From the NCBI GenBank assembly GCA_051362555.1, contig CM120643.1:17860848-17924847 (forward strand): a DNA stretch of 64,000 nt. Direction: 5' to 3'. The position numbers and the translations under genes were made by a program. A model generated the notes under the pieces. That model was not told the DNA's origin. It worked only from the letters and a program-made list of their open reading frames with translations, and did no database searches. The DNA is from Lingula anatina. Its lineage: Eukaryota; Animalia; Brachiopoda. Positions 61,578-64,000 of the stretch are shown here, piece by piece. How positions within the stretch are numbered: the first letter of the stretch is position 1; each line of letters opens with the position of its first letter.

Positions 61578-63894
61578 GGGGGGGGGGGGGATGTGTGGTA
61601 ACATATTCAAGGAAAAAAATGAGAAAAATTCTATATTTGCTAAAAATTAATAAGGAGTGAAATAAATAGATACAAGCATACAAATGTTAACTGCTATTGA
61701 TATTACTATTAGGAAAGAGATGACATAGACATAGAGAGGAAATTAACGTGCAAGTCCTGTGCAAGTTATGTGACATTTGACAGTTGTCTGATTTTGTATT
61801 TTTGACATTAAAAAAATATTTTTAAGGTGGGGACGAAGGCAGTGAAGAAGAAGTTTCAGGTGAAGAAGAAGATTTATCACTCTTGAAAGAAGATGATATT
61901 GAAAATGGCATAAATAAAAATACAAAGAAAAGAAAAGGAAAGACAAAGGGTAGAAATGACAAGGAAAGCTTTTTTGGGAGGTAAAGTTGTATATATTGTG
62001 CACCAGTCATTCTTTTTGTTAAGATAATATTGTTAATGATAATAATGATTTTTAATATGATAGAAATAGTAACCATGATAATGATGCTAATAATAATATT
62101 GTCAAAGGTGCTCTACCAAGAGTTTAAATACCTGTTACAATGGGTTTTATATTTAGAAGACAGGATCTATACTATAGTAAAGTAAAGATTTCTTTTAAAA
62201 ACAACAGCCTAGTGCCTTTAAGTCATTCTGTCCTGGGCCATTCATTTATTAACTACTTTTAGCGACTCAAATATCATACTGTTGACTTTTCATCTATGTC
62301 TTCTTTTATTTTAGGCGTTTAATCATTTATAACATCTGAATTGGGAAAGATAAATAGTTTTGCCAAATAAGTCAACAAAGAAAGAATGATTTTCAAAGTT
62401 TGGGACATTTTAAGATGTAAGGTAAACATTTAAAAAGTAATCCCCACTGTAAATTGATTGTTAAGACTATTTTGTTTATTAAACAGGAAAAGAAAAGGAG
62501 GAATAAAACTTGAAGATGAAGACAAGGATGGCAAAGAGGATGATGAGCAACAAGAGTCTAACATTGCAGAAGAAATGAAAAAAGAACAAGAAGATGTCAA
62601 AGAACTGAAAGAAAAGCAAAAAGCAGATGATCTATGGGCTAGTTTTTTAAGTGACGTTGGGCAAAAACCCAAGCCAAAACCAGCTTCTGTCCCTTCAGGC
62701 CTGGGATCTCTTTCCTCAGTGACAAGTATAAAGGTGTGTTAGCATGAAAATAGGGGGAGTTAGTTCAAAGTTCTTATATCTCAGATACCTACAAGATTTC
62801 CATGTATTCTTTGTGAGTGGTGGACGTTAATTTGTATGTTTTTTAAGGAAATTTATTGAAATCATGATCAGAATCCCTTTCAAGTGTTGTTTCCAGTAGT
62901 TAACCTCCAAAAGCTTAAACATAAAACTAGATTACAAAATTTTGAAGAATTTTGACAACTTGAGTAATGAAAACAAAAAATTCCCCTTATTGCTATTCCT
63001 TTGTTTAACATATTTTTTTTCTTTTTTTACTTTCATTTTTATGTGTAGCCTAAATCAGTTGAGTCTGCAGCAGAGTTGAAAGCCTCACCTCCTGAAAACA
63101 CTGCATCCAAAGAGAGTGGCCCTCAGAAAATCACAGTGACCAAAGTGTTTGACTTTGCTGGAGAGGAAGTCAAGTGAGTCACCAATCAGTAAATATAGGC
63201 TGTTTTAATAGCCTTATTATTTACTTTTTCAGTATGTGATTTAACATGCAGTTGTCAAGATCCTAATATTTGTCACACTGGGCTGATAGTGTCATGTTTT
63301 GACCATTTGTACATCCTTAGCGATTTTTATGCCGTTTTTTATTGGGATTACTAAAAACTCCACATGGACACTTTGAAATGTGAAAATTTGTTTTAGTCCT
63401 TTTAATGTTTTTAGTTGGGCAGTGTACATATTTATTTTTAGCTTTTGGCAAGGAAAAAATCATTCCAAAATATTTGACCAAGTTATTATTATACAGTGGC
63501 AAGTTATGCAGTGAGTCTGCTGTGTATGATAAGGAATATCAAAACTCTCCTTTTGTTTCTTCATTTCAGGGTCACAAAAGAAATTGAGGTCGATTCTAAA
63601 GAAGGTAAAAAAGAGTTAGAAAGAATGGAAAAGGAAAAGAGCACTGATGTCTCAAAACCAGGGTAAGTGACAATATCTTAAAATTGCATTTTTATGACAA
63701 CTTCAGTGAATAGATTGCGCATTTAGTGCATAATTCTTGTTAGTAAAATTTCAATAAAATTTGTGTGCAATAGTTTCAGATATATTTACGTGTAATGTCT
63801 TTTATTTAATTTGATTGTATTCAGAATGAAGAGACCCATGGGTTTGGGAAGTGTTCTTGGGAAGATTGGGAAGAAACCAAAACTAAGTACTTTG
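61214..63894 (+). CDS. CFDP1: Craniofacial development protein 1 (BCNT/Swc5 family), 3' end beyond window
   Basis: Exons 61214-61283, 61827-61980, 62487-62733, 63049-63173, 63570-63662, 63825-63894 join in frame; motifs SDSDDEDYVPSG, ADDLWASFLSDV, KITVTKVFDFAGEEVKVTKEI, GLGSVLGKIGKKPKLSTL. Confidence 0.95.
61827..61980 (+). CDS. CFDP1: CFDP1 exon 2
   Basis: Acidic then basic stretch GDEGSEEEVSGEEED...KKRKGKTK. Confidence 0.85.
62487..62733 (+). CDS. CFDP1: CFDP1 exon 3
   Basis: KRKGGIKLED...KQKADDLWASFLSDVGQKPKP. Confidence 0.92.
63049..63173 (+). CDS. CFDP1: CFDP1 exon 4
   Basis: PKSVE...KITVTKVFDFAGEEV. Confidence 0.92.
63570..63662 (+). CDS. CFDP1: CFDP1 exon 5
   Basis: VTKEIEVDSKEGKKELERMEKEKSTDVSKP. 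Confidence 0.9.
63825..63894 (+). CDS. CFDP1: CFDP1 exon 6 (start of BCNT-C region)
   Basis: MKRPMGLGSVLGKIGKKPKLSTL|gtaaga. Confidence 0.9.
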
Positions 63895-64000
63895 GTAAGA
63901 ACAGGTCTTTAAATCTTGAGAAGAAATAGAAGTCGAGGTCTATGGGAAGTGCCAGAGTCTTCAAAATCTTCTGGAAAAAAGTCAGAAACGGGTGTTTATA

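Noticed and set aside
62430-62672. Ser/Phe-rich minus-strand ORFs over CFDP1
   Set aside because: Antisense shadows of purine-rich acidic exons.

Overview
Intron-rich, AT-rich animal (invertebrate, probably marine spiralian or basal deuterostome; taxon is inference) genomic DNA. Four spliced protein-coding genes were reconstructed by hand from GT-AG sites with consistent exon phases: (1) minus-strand large secreted/cell-surface protein, signal peptide + CUB + two Ca-binding EGF + Cys-rich/EGF-like + beta-sandwich region, starting at 12836 and running off the left edge; one exon seems to lack a good donor; (2) complete minus-strand gene 24323-18177 for a ~631-aa secreted protein, signal peptide + Cys-rich module + nine TSP1 repeats + C-terminal WxxW domain, with very recent exon duplications; (3) complete minus-strand KIAA0513 orthologue (CDS 42857-29441, ~553 aa) with a long spliced leader and a probably long 3' UTR; (4) plus-strand CFDP1/BCNT from 61214 running off the right edge, head-to-head with KIAA0513. 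Introns and intergenic DNA hold a decayed LINE, TTAA-flanked (Kolobok-type) and Harbinger-type non-autonomous DNA transposons, minisatellite-bearing MITEs, a Helentron-like element, a tandemly duplicated orphan promoter/ATG-only exon, a perfect 31-bp-stem hairpin and many microsatellites. No rRNA, tRNA or CRISPR features were seen, and most short ORFs in the track are spurious. I found no convincing wholly new system. The best leads are the TSP1-WxxW gene, the synapsin-like N-terminus of KIAA0513, the orphan duplicated promoter and the hairpin.
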